This document shows, one piece after another, positions 19,551 to 27,211 of a DNA stretch of 28,778 bases. The stretch spans positions 1 to 28,778 of the forward strand of contig JAGGXO010000124.1 of NCBI GenBank assembly GCA_021163015.1, given 5' to 3'. The translations under genes and the position numbers were made by a program. Numbering within the stretch: position 1 is the stretch's first letter; each line of letters begins with the position of its first letter. The notes below the pieces were generated by a model. It was not told the origin of the DNA. It saw nothing but the letters and a program-made list of their open reading frames with translations, and did no database searches. The stretch comes from Candidatus Bipolaricaulota bacterium. GTDB lineage: Bacteria > Bipolaricaulota > Bipolaricaulia > UBA7950 > UBA9294.

Positions 19551-19594
19551 GCTGATCCCTCGCTTAGTTTTCGCAGATACGAATGGCTTTGAAC

Positions 19595-19623
19595 ACTATA
19601 CTCGATCGTCTAGAGAGCGTCAA
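19595..19623 (-). promoter_or_regulatory. sigma70 promoter for infB-rbfA-orf-fhs
   Basis: TTGACG (19623-19618), 17 bp, TATAGT (19600-19595). Confidence 0.75.
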
Positions 19624-19661
19624 ACATCATGAAGTACAGAAACAGGATCTGGAAGCTTCCC

Positions 19662-20147
19662 TCAGCGCCAGGCGAAGAACATGACCAATGCAATCAATCC
19701 TCCAAGAGCTAGCATCCCGGTCATTATCTTGACACTGAGACGACGGAGATGTCTCTTCTGATTCGTGTCGAGTTGAGTCTTGCGTGGATAGCGGATCTCC
19801 ATCCGCTGTGCCTTCTTGTAGGTCTTCACGAAGAGAGAGACCTTCTTCTGCCGCTTGTAGACGATCGCCAGATTGTGCATGGCATTCACGTGGTGGGGAT
19901 CGACATCGAGCGCCCGCTTGTAGGCATACTCGGCACGATTGAAGTCATCCCCATCGATGTAGATATTCCCTAAACGGTAGTAGATCTGAGCCTTGTCAAT
20001 CCCGTAGCGCAACGCCTCCACCAACAGAGAGATCCCTTGCCTGTACTCCTTCTTCTTGCGGTGTTTTTCAGCTTGGACAAGCGCCTGTTCGACGAAATCG
20101 CGTTGTTCCTCAAACGTCGTCAGAATTTGTTTTTCTTCCGTGGTCAT
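19662..20147 (-). CDS. Tetratricopeptide-repeat protein with C-terminal hydrophobic anchor
   Basis: TPR pattern YYRLGNIY...AEYAYKRALDVDPHHVNAMHNLAIVY; ends MLALGGLIALVMFFAWR. Confidence 0.85.
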   Translation of the reverse strand: MTTEEKQILTTFEEQRDFVEQALVQAEKHRKKKEYRQGISLLVEALRYGIDKAQIYYRLGNIYIDGDDFNRAEYAYKRALDVDPHHVNAMHNLAIVYKRQKKVSLFVKTYKKAQRMEIRYPRKTQLDTNQKRHLRRLSVKIMTGMLALGGLIALVMFFAWR

Positions 20148-20730
20148 CGAGCCATTCCCTCACTTTCTTGATGTCCATCCATGTGAGATACTTCGGGCTA
20201 CCTTTGCTCCTCGATGGATTGCGCAAGAGATAGCTGGGGTGAAACATGGGGACAATTTCGATCCCTCCACGCCAGGGGATGAACGTCCCATGAATGTGCG
20301 TAATACCGCCCGCTCCAGGGACAAGCCACTGTGTGGGCGTATTTCCCAGTGTGATTATCAGTTTTGGGTTCACAAGCGCGATCTGTGCTTCCAAATACGG
20401 ATCGCAGGCCTCCATCTCCTTCTTCGCTGGCACGCGGTTCCCCGGCGGTCGGCACTTGACCACATTTGTGATGTATATCTCATCACGCGATATGCCGACG
20501 GATGCAAGAACATCATCCAACTTATGCCCAGCAGGCCCAACAAACGGGTGTCCAGTATTGTCCTCGACTTCTCCAGGCCCTTCACCAACAAGCATCAACT
20601 CCGCGTGTGCGTTTCCCTCACCGAACACAACGTGCTTACGCGTCTCGCTGAGCGGACACTTCACGCACTTCTTCACCCTTTCTTCCAACACTTCCAGCGT
20701 CAGGGCGTAGGGATCATCGGTGTGATTCAT
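20110..20730 (-). CDS. Family 4 uracil-DNA glycosylase (4Fe-4S type)
   Basis: CVKCPL, VFGEG, GEGPGEVED, FVGPAG, NVVKCRPPGNR, MFHPSYLLR; ATG 20730 follows AGGAGG. Confidence 0.93.
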   Translation of the reverse strand: MNHTDDPYALTLEVLEERVKKCVKCPLSETRKHVVFGEGNAHAELMLVGEGPGEVEDNTGHPFVGPAGHKLDDVLASVGISRDEIYITNVVKCRPPGNRVPAKKEMEACDPYLEAQIALVNPKLIITLGNTPTQWLVPGAGGITHIHGTFIPWRGGIEIVPMFHPSYLLRNPSRSKGSPKYLTWMDIKKVREWLDDHGRKTNSDDV

Positions 20731-20790
20731 CGTCCTCCTTGGCCAAACTATTCCGTGAGGAGGAAAGGACTGGGCCAACTTCTTGTCAAC

Positions 20791-20862
20791 AGCGGGCAAC
20801 GGGATTCGAACCCGCGACCCCCAGCTTGGGAAGCTGATGCTCTACCACTGAGCTATGCCCGC
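20791..20862 (-). tRNA. tRNA-Gly (anticodon CCC), 3' CCA not encoded
   Basis: GCGGGCA TA GCTC AGTGGTA GAGC A TCAGC TTCCCAA GCTGG GGGTC GCGGG TTCGAAT CCCGT TGCCCGC T, followed by GTT rather than CCA. Confidence 0.97.
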
Positions 20863-20871
20863 AACAAATGC

Positions 20872-20900
20872 ATTGTAGCATGGATCAACAACGCCGACAA
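20872..20900 (-). promoter_or_regulatory. sigma70 promoter for tRNA-Gly (and probably the UDG and TPR genes)
   Basis: TTGTCG, 17 bp, extended -10 TGcTACAAT, 9 nt upstream of the tRNA 5' end. Confidence 0.7.
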
Positions 20901-20901
20901 C

Positions 20902-22095
20902 CTACTCCCGCAGTGCCTCCAAGGCAGGGAGCGCCTTTCCACGCAACAGGGCGAGGCACGCTCCGCCGCCGGTGGAGATGAGCGACATCTTCTCAGCAAG
21001 GCCCAGCTTCTTCACTGCTTCGCCGGTTTCGCCCCCACCCACAACGGTAAAGGCGTCGCTTTCCGCAAGGGCCTGTCCAATCTCTTTGGTTCCCGCTGAG
21101 AAAGGAGCAAACTCAAAAGCACCCATCGGGCCTGCCCACATGATCGTCTTTGCAGTGGCAATCTTCTCACCGAAGAGTGCTATTGTCTCTGGCCCAATGT
21201 CGAGGCCCATCGCGTCGGAGGGAATGCCATTGATAGGCACAACCAACGATTCCGCCGTATCACTCAGTTCGGCGGCGATCACAGCATCACGCGGAAGGAC
21301 AATCGGCACGCCCTTCTCTTCTGCCTTCTGACTGACGAGCAGGATTTCATCAAAGAGCGACTCATCTACGATGGAACCACCAACATTCTGTCCCAAAGAG
21401 CGGAGGAAGGTGAACGCAACTCCCCCTCCAATAAGGATCGCGTCTACCTGATCGACCAAATCGCGCAGCGTGCCAAGCTTGCTGCGAGCCTTCTTTCCTC
21501 CGATGATCGCCACATAGGGGTGCTCAGGACTGTCCGTCAAGCGGGCCAGGGCTTCTATCTCCTTCTGAACAAGCAGACCGGCATACGCAGGGAGGTAATC
21601 CGCAATTCCCAAGGTTGAAGCGTGCGCACGATGCAGTGTCGCAAAGGCATCGTTAACAAACATGTCACCAAGGGCGGCGAGCTTGCGAGCGAATCCAGCC
21701 TCATCGGCCGTCTCTTCGGGAAAGAATCGTACGTTCTCAAGCAGGATGACCGAGCCTGGTTCCCACTCTTCGATCGCCTGTGTTACCTCATCGCCAACAC
21801 ATGTATTGAGCTTGCGAACAGTCTTTCCAAGCAACTCTTCCAGTCGCTTTGCAACCGGGTCCAACCGCAGTGCTGGGACCACCTTGCCTTCTGGCCTGCC
21901 AAGATGAGTGAGCAATATCGGCGCGCCTCCCCGTTCGAGGATGTTCTCAAGGGTGGGGAGAGAGGCGCGAATCCGCGAGTCATCTGCCACCTTTCCATCC
22001 GCCAGAGGCACGTTGTAGTCCACACGCACCACTACGCGCTTTCCCTCAACCGCAGCGTCTTGGACGCGTCGTAGCCGATCGAGCAGGTTTCCCAT
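20902..22095 (-). CDS. pgk: Phosphoglycerate kinase
   Basis: RVDYNVP, HLGRP, LENVRF, NDAFATLHRAH, LDIGP, GGGET, STGGGA. Confidence 0.97.
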   Translation of the reverse strand: MGNLLDRLRRVQDAAVEGKRVVVRVDYNVPLADGKVADDSRIRASLPTLENILERGGAPILLTHLGRPEGKVVPALRLDPVAKRLEELLGKTVRKLNTCVGDEVTQAIEEWEPGSVILLENVRFFPEETADEAGFARKLAALGDMFVNDAFATLHRAHASTLGIADYLPAYAGLLVQKEIEALARLTDSPEHPYVAIIGGKKARSKLGTLRDLVDQVDAILIGGGVAFTFLRSLGQNVGGSIVDESLFDEILLVSQKAEEKGVPIVLPRDAVIAAELSDTAESLVVPINGIPSDAMGLDIGPETIALFGEKIATAKTIMWAGPMGAFEFAPFSAGTKEIGQALAESDAFTVVGGGETGEAVKKLGLAEKMSLISTGGGACLALLRGKALPALEALRE

Positions 22096-22124
22096 TGCCT
22101 TCCTCCTTCCTCGTTTTGACCGAA

Positions 22125-22173
22125 TTGAACACCATTATCAATGCGATTATAATCGGTGATGATGAACAGTCAA
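22125..22173. promoter_or_regulatory. Overlapping divergent sigma70 promoters sharing a palindromic ATTATAAT
   Basis: Plus: TTGAAC (22125-30), 17 bp, TATAAT (22148-53). Minus: TTGACT (22173-68), 16 bp, TATAAT (22151-46). Confidence 0.65.
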
Positions 22174-23013
22174 AACCTGATCCTTTTGGGGATCGGCATC
22201 TTCGTCAGCCTAATCGTTGCTGCCGTGGCAATCGATCAAGCATTCCTCGCGAGAAACGATCCAATGGAGCCCGGGGGGTTGCTTGCCCGAACCAAGGTCG
22301 CGTTCGATCGTGTACAGGATCTGGAGATCGTTCTAAATGTGGTTTCCACCGGAGAGGAAAGCCATCCTCTCCAAATGCGAGTATGGTACATCAATGGGCC
22401 AGATCCGGCAGCGAGGGTCCTCTACCTTGCTCCATCAGAACTGAAGGGGCAGGTATACACCGTGGATCGCGACCTGTTATCACACTACATCCCGCAACAG
22501 AACATGACGATCATCAAGCGATGGGCCGGATTTCCCCTGACCGACCTGGGCCTCTCCAGCTTCGACCTACGCGGCATCGAACGACAGTGGAAGGACGGCA
22601 AGGTCACGTTGCGGGTCTCACAGAACATCCCAAGGTTCGATATGAAAGTCTTTCCGTGCGATCTGCTGGTCACTGAAACGATAGCCGGGTGCGTTCAGTG
22701 GAGACCGTTCTCGATTGCATTCGGCGAGACGAAGACGTGCGGGCTGGCTCCTAGCATATCAGGAGTGACGACCGACACTGGGCTGAGCCCTATCCCGGGC
22801 GGCTTCATTCTCCGAGTGTACGACAAGATCACGGGACAGATCACGAAGATGATCTCGATAGACAGGGAAACGTTCCTCGTAAGACAGGTTGTCTTGTTCA
22901 AGGATGAAAAGCGAACGACAACGATCTACGCATCACAAGTCATACTTAACCAAAACTTAAACCGTGATGAACTCCTCGTACTCCCGCGCGGAACGGAAGT
23001 GATTCGCGGCTAG
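22159..23013 (+). CDS. Membrane-anchored LolA-like (lipoprotein-sorting fold) protein
   Basis: N-terminal TM helix; RVLYLAPSELKGQVYTVD...SHYIP and KMISIDRETFLVRQV...VILNQNL...VLPRGTEVI resemble LolA-fold N- and C-terminal halves. Confidence 0.6.
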   Translation: MMNSQNLILLGIGIFVSLIVAAVAIDQAFLARNDPMEPGGLLARTKVAFDRVQDLEIVLNVVSTGEESHPLQMRVWYINGPDPAARVLYLAPSELKGQVYTVDRDLLSHYIPQQNMTIIKRWAGFPLTDLGLSSFDLRGIERQWKDGKVTLRVSQNIPRFDMKVFPCDLLVTETIAGCVQWRPFSIAFGETKTCGLAPSISGVTTDTGLSPIPGGFILRVYDKITGQITKMISIDRETFLVRQVVLFKDEKRTTTIYASQVILNQNLNRDELLVLPRGTEVIRG

Positions 23014-23017
23014 ATAG

Positions 23018-23497
23018 CTATCCTATCAGGCGTTTGAACTGCCCGAGATTCATCTTCGATTCGACGAAGTCTTGGAACTCATCCTCTTCCGCAAACGGCG
23101 ACTCTATCGCTGATGCCTCAAAGACTTCATCGGAAATGAATATCGGGCTTCCCGTACGCAGCGCCAGGGCTAGCGAATCAGAGGGACGCGCATCAATCTC
23201 CGTCGTTTCCCCTTCAGCGTTCGTCAGGAAGATGGATGCATAGTACGTCCCTTCCTCAACCCTGCTGATCACGATACGCTGCACGCTCCCTTCTAGATCT
23301 TCGATGATCGTCTTCATCAGATCGTGCGACAGCGGTCGTGGGAACTGGTTGCTCTGCAGGCTGAACGCTATCGACATCGCTTCAGACTCACCGATCCAAA
23401 TCGGCATCGCCTGGCTGGAATTCCTGTCCTTGAGCAGGATCACCGGGGCATTGTTGAATGGATCCACTAGTAAGGCCTTTATCTCCGCCTCTCGCAT
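23018..23497 (-). CDS. Bifunctional nuclease family protein (DUF151)
   Basis: PVILL...MPIWIGESEA, RPLSHDL, IDARPSDSLALALR. Confidence 0.92.
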   Translation of the reverse strand: MREAEIKALLVDPFNNAPVILLKDRNSSQAMPIWIGESEAMSIAFSLQSNQFPRPLSHDLMKTIIEDLEGSVQRIVISRVEEGTYYASIFLTNAEGETTEIDARPSDSLALALRTGSPIFISDEVFEASAIESPFAEEDEFQDFVESKMNLGQFKRLIG

Positions 23498-23530
23498 CGC
23501 TCTTCTCCTTGTTCATACGTTGGCAATTAC

Positions 23531-23559
23531 ATTATAGCAATGCCCGGGTCGATAGACAA
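23531..23559 (-). promoter_or_regulatory. sigma70 promoter for the DUF151 gene
   Basis: TTGTCT, 17 bp, extended -10 TGcTATAAT. Confidence 0.7.
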
Positions 23560-23613
23560 TCCCTCTACCCAGAGTTGCACTTGGACTCGCACTGGTTGTA
23601 CCATACGAACACT

Positions 23614-24672
23614 ATGGATACAAACGAAAAAACGCTATTCGACAAGCGTTACGACAAGAGCCACATGATCGATACGATAGATTCGTTCAATGTGCAGTGC
23701 CGCGAAGCAATAGGGCTCGGAAAGGGATTTGCCTTCTCTAGTGAGGAGCAAATCGACAAGGTGGTCATCTGCGGAATGGGCGGATCAGCGATGGCTGGAG
23801 ACGTCGCGCGGCGCTTCGCCAAGGTCCCGGTCATGGTCAACCGAAGCTACACGCTGCCCAGCTTCGCCGATAGTCGAACGCTGCTCGTTGCCATAAGCTA
23901 TTCAGGGAATACCGCCGAGACCATTTCGTCGCTCAGGGATGGAATCGAAAAAGGGCTGCAAGCCCTGTGCATCGCCAGCGGAGGGAAAATCGAGCAGATC
24001 GCGCAGGAGAATGATATACCGTTTCTGCAAGTCCCATCAGGGTTCCAACCGCGCGTAGCGACCGGCTACCTTGCGCTCCCACTCATTGTGATACTATCTC
24101 GCCTCGATCTGGTGGCACGGGCGGATCAGTGGGATGACATGTACGCGGCGCTTGGCAAGGTCAAGGCAGAATGCGAAGCGAGCGTTCCTCTGCACGACAA
24201 CCCGGCAAAGGAGCTTGCGCGGGCTCTGCACGGGCACATTCCGATCATCTACGGCACGGCTAACAACACCGATCTCGTCGCGATGCGCTTCAAGACACAG
24301 ATCAACGAGAACGCCAAGCAGCCGGCGTACTGGAACGCATTCTCCGAACTCAACCACAACGAGATCCTCGCCCTCGTACGAAGCGACCTCCTGAAAAACC
24401 AGCACATCGTCCTTCTTAAGAATTCTTACGATCACCCGGAGAACAGAATCCGAATGGAGATCATGACTGAGCTGTTCGATGGACACCATGTGCCGCACAG
24501 CGCTGTTTCCGCGCAAGGGGAGACAGAGCTCGCGCAGATCCTATCGCAGATCTACTTCGGCGACTATGTGAGCTACTACCTCGCCCTTGCAAACAAGCTC
24601 GATCCAACTCCAGTTGAGTTGATCGAGAAGTTCAAGATCGATCTGGCCAAGAAGACAGCTCAGCTCTCCTAA
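23614..24672 (+). CDS. Bifunctional phosphoglucose/phosphomannose isomerase (archaeal-type SIS family)
   Basis: CGMGGSA, SYSGNTAET, ASGG, QPR, KTQINENAK, ELNHNE, DPTPVELIEKFK. Start at 23614 is inferred. Confidence 0.9.
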   Translation: MDTNEKTLFDKRYDKSHMIDTIDSFNVQCREAIGLGKGFAFSSEEQIDKVVICGMGGSAMAGDVARRFAKVPVMVNRSYTLPSFADSRTLLVAISYSGNTAETISSLRDGIEKGLQALCIASGGKIEQIAQENDIPFLQVPSGFQPRVATGYLALPLIVILSRLDLVARADQWDDMYAALGKVKAECEASVPLHDNPAKELARALHGHIPIIYGTANNTDLVAMRFKTQINENAKQPAYWNAFSELNHNEILALVRSDLLKNQHIVLLKNSYDHPENRIRMEIMTELFDGHHVPHSAVSAQGETELAQILSQIYFGDYVSYYLALANKLDPTPVELIEKFKIDLAKKTAQLS

Positions 24673-26012
24673 GAGGGGGCTGTATCACACGCAATAAGGC
24701 ACAGATCGGCCACGTTCGTCCCGGTGGGGCCGGTCATGATGAGATCGTCGGAGCTGGCGAGGGCATGGTAGGAGTCGTTTTCGGCCAGCGTCACGTTGGG
24801 ATCGATACCCAGCTCTCGCATCCTGACGATCGTTCCACCATCGACGATCCCGCCAGCGGCATCGGTCGGACCGTCGCGCCCATCCGTCCCCACAGAGGCG
24901 ATTGCCACGCCGGGAATCCCTTCGATCCCGAGTGCCGCAGATAAGGCAAGCTCCTGATTGCGCCCTCCCTTTCCCGATCCGGTGACAGTGACCGTCGTCT
25001 CGCCAGCGGCGACGATCAACGCCGGCAGTGGAAGCGGGCGCTCGCTTTGCACCTCCTCCCTGGCGATGGAGGCAAGGACCTTACCCACTTCGCATGCCTC
25101 TCCCTCTAGTGTCGTTGTGAAGAGGAGGGTGTGATACCCCATACTTCTCGCTTCGCTAAGCACGGCTTCTGCCGCCACAGATCCGGACCCGATGATAGCG
25201 GTCGTAACCTTTGCGAACACGTGGTCCCCGGGCTTCGGAGTCTCTGGAGCAGAACCGCTCAGTCCCCTCTCAATGTAAGTCCTCACCGAGCGCGGAACTC
25301 TCTCCCATAATCCGTAGTGCCTAAGGATCCGCGCTGCATCGGCATAGGTCGTTGTGTCACCCACGGTCGGCCCAGAGGCGATCGCATCCAGCGGGTCACC
25401 CGGCACGTCGGAGAGGATCAGGGTGAGGGCCGTAGCCGGAAAGGCACGCCTCGCAAGCTTTCCCCCTTTAAGCTGCGAGAGGTGCTTGCGCACGGTGTTG
25501 ATCTCCTGAATCGTCGCCCCCGAAAGGAGTAGAAGCTTGTTTGTTGCCACAAGATCGTCAAGCGTGATCCCAGGAGCAGGAAGTGTGAGTAGGGCCGATC
25601 CCCCGCCCGAGAGGAGGACGATCACCAGATCGTCCTGCTTTGCCCTATCGGCAAATTCCGCAATGCGGCGCGCAGCAGCGACACCGCGCTCATCGGGAAC
25701 AGGGTGCGATGCCTCGACAACCTTCACTCGACTCGTCGGGACCCTGTACCCATCAGCGGTGACGACCAGCCCGTCATGGATTCGCTTACCCAGGATCGCT
25801 TCCAAAGAGGCGGCCATTCTGGATGAAGCCTTCCCCATTCCGATAACGATGATCCGCGAAACGTCAAAGAGATCGACCGATACTTCGTTGACGAAGAGAC
25901 GATCGGAATCTAGGTGCACTGCCCGTTCAAGGCAGGCTTCCGGAGCAACTGCAGTCAAGGCAGCATGGATGAAACGATCGATATCGCCACGAAGGCGTGA
26001 TTCCCTGTTCAT
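24669..26012 (-). CDS. Glycerate kinase, MOFRL/TtuD type (glycerate 2-kinase)
   Basis: GMGKAS, ASHPVPD, SGGGSAL, SDVPGD...IASGPT, GGRNQELAL, GTDGRDG, TGPTGTNVAD. Confidence 0.93.
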   Translation of the reverse strand: MNRESRLRGDIDRFIHAALTAVAPEACLERAVHLDSDRLFVNEVSVDLFDVSRIIVIGMGKASSRMAASLEAILGKRIHDGLVVTADGYRVPTSRVKVVEASHPVPDERGVAAARRIAEFADRAKQDDLVIVLLSGGGSALLTLPAPGITLDDLVATNKLLLLSGATIQEINTVRKHLSQLKGGKLARRAFPATALTLILSDVPGDPLDAIASGPTVGDTTTYADAARILRHYGLWERVPRSVRTYIERGLSGSAPETPKPGDHVFAKVTTAIIGSGSVAAEAVLSEARSMGYHTLLFTTTLEGEACEVGKVLASIAREEVQSERPLPLPALIVAAGETTVTVTGSGKGGRNQELALSAALGIEGIPGVAIASVGTDGRDGPTDAAGGIVDGGTIVRMRELGIDPNVTLAENDSYHALASSDDLIMTGPTGTNVADLCLIACDTAPS

Positions 26013-26021
26013 CTGTGTGCC

Positions 26022-26945
26022 CTAGCGAGCATCGACGGGATCGGCCCGGACGGCATCCAGAATGTCATTGATGTTCCCTGTCGCCAGGCAAATTGAAGAG
26101 TCGGCCGCGCCGTAATAGACCCACAAATCACCGCCGCGAACAAACCCGCCGCACGGAAAGACAACATTAGGTACGTCACCGGTCCTCTCGTACGGCTCCT
26201 CAGGTCCAAACAGCCAGTGACGAGTACGAGCGAGGAGATGATGCGGTTGTTCAAGGTCGAGTAGCGCTGCACCGACGCGATATATCGGGCCACCGGGCAT
26301 GTTCTTAATACCGTGGTAGAGTATGAGCCACCCATATTCGGTCTCGATCGGCGGAATCCCCGTACCCACTCTCGATCCATCCCACCATGGTCCGCGGTGT
26401 AACGGAAGGACAACGTTGTTCTCCCCCCAATGCACAAGGTCGGGTGAATAGGCAATCCAGATATTCCCGTCCTGTGCGAGTGGACGGTGGAGCATCGCGT
26501 AGCGCCCGTTGATCTTACGTGGAAAGATGGCGGCATCCTTGTTGCTTGGAGGGAAGGCAACCCCCAACGGCTCTACCTTCACAAAGTCGTGGGTGGTGGC
26601 GACCGCGACCGCTGGCCCGTACTGCGAGTAAGCCGTGTAGGCAAGAACCCAAGCCCCAAGCTCATCGATCCGAGTAATGCGACAGTCTTCAGCACCGTAC
26701 GCCTCGTAGGGACGATTGTCCCCTGGCGAGAGCGGCTGATTCTCAATCCGCCAATCTGTAATTCCGTCACTGCTGCGAGCTACAGTCAGATGAGAACGGC
26801 CAGAACGGCTCTCTACCCTTAGCAGGAGCAGAACTTGATCACCCAGATCGACGCTTCCTGCATTGAACACCGTATTGACTGGGTAAGGCATATCCTCAGC
26901 GCTGATTAACGGGTTATGCTCACTCCTTACAAGAAGACCCTTCAT
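26022..26945 (-). CDS. GH130-family mannoside phosphorylase/glycosidase
   Basis: NPLI, VFNAG, LRVE, GAEDCRIT, YTAYS, NKDAAIFP, HRP, GWLILYHG, VPNVVFPCG, YYGAADS. Confidence 0.88.
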   Translation of the reverse strand: MKGLLVRSEHNPLISAEDMPYPVNTVFNAGSVDLGDQVLLLLRVESRSGRSHLTVARSSDGITDWRIENQPLSPGDNRPYEAYGAEDCRITRIDELGAWVLAYTAYSQYGPAVAVATTHDFVKVEPLGVAFPPSNKDAAIFPRKINGRYAMLHRPLAQDGNIWIAYSPDLVHWGENNVVLPLHRGPWWDGSRVGTGIPPIETEYGWLILYHGIKNMPGGPIYRVGAALLDLEQPHHLLARTRHWLFGPEEPYERTGDVPNVVFPCGGFVRGGDLWVYYGAADSSICLATGNINDILDAVRADPVDAR

Positions 26946-27003
26946 CCTATTCTCCTTTGGCGATTTAGCAAACGGATGAATGCTTGCGTCTGCTGATAGT
27001 GGT

Positions 27004-27031
27004 AGTATGATCTATTGCACAGGCCTGTCAA
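27004..27031 (-). promoter_or_regulatory. Putative sigma70 promoter for GH130-glycerate kinase with a palindrome over the -35 box and spacer
   Basis: TTGACA (27031-26), 16 bp, CATACT (27009-04); ACAGGCCTGT palindrome. Confidence 0.55.
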
Positions 27032-27211
27032 TCCCCTATTGCCCCTTCGGTCGGTACATTCTTCTCACTCTGTGATCTCATCGAGAGGACGCAAATGATC
27101 CTCAAATCTGTTCTCTCAATCAAGTGCGAATCTGATCAAGTGTAGTGCGCATGACTAGGTACACGACACCCATCCTCAGAGATCTTGATGTGAGCCAAAG
27201 TGGTACTCCCA

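Noticed and set aside
20784-20789. TTGACA right after tRNA-Gly, as a promoter or att-site remnant
   Set aside because: No matching -10 at 16-18 bp, no duplicated tRNA 3' end and no integrase in the window.
20056-21099. 347-aa plus-strand ORF
   Set aside because: Antisense to UDG, tRNA-Gly and pgk; no recognisable motif; treated as a shadow ORF.
26009-26560. 183-aa ORF overlapping GH130 on the same strand
   Set aside because: Alternative frame, no motifs, no clear SD.
27119-27142. Direct repeat ATCAAGTG, two copies 16 nt apart
   Set aside because: Only two short copies; no CRISPR-like or iteron periodicity.
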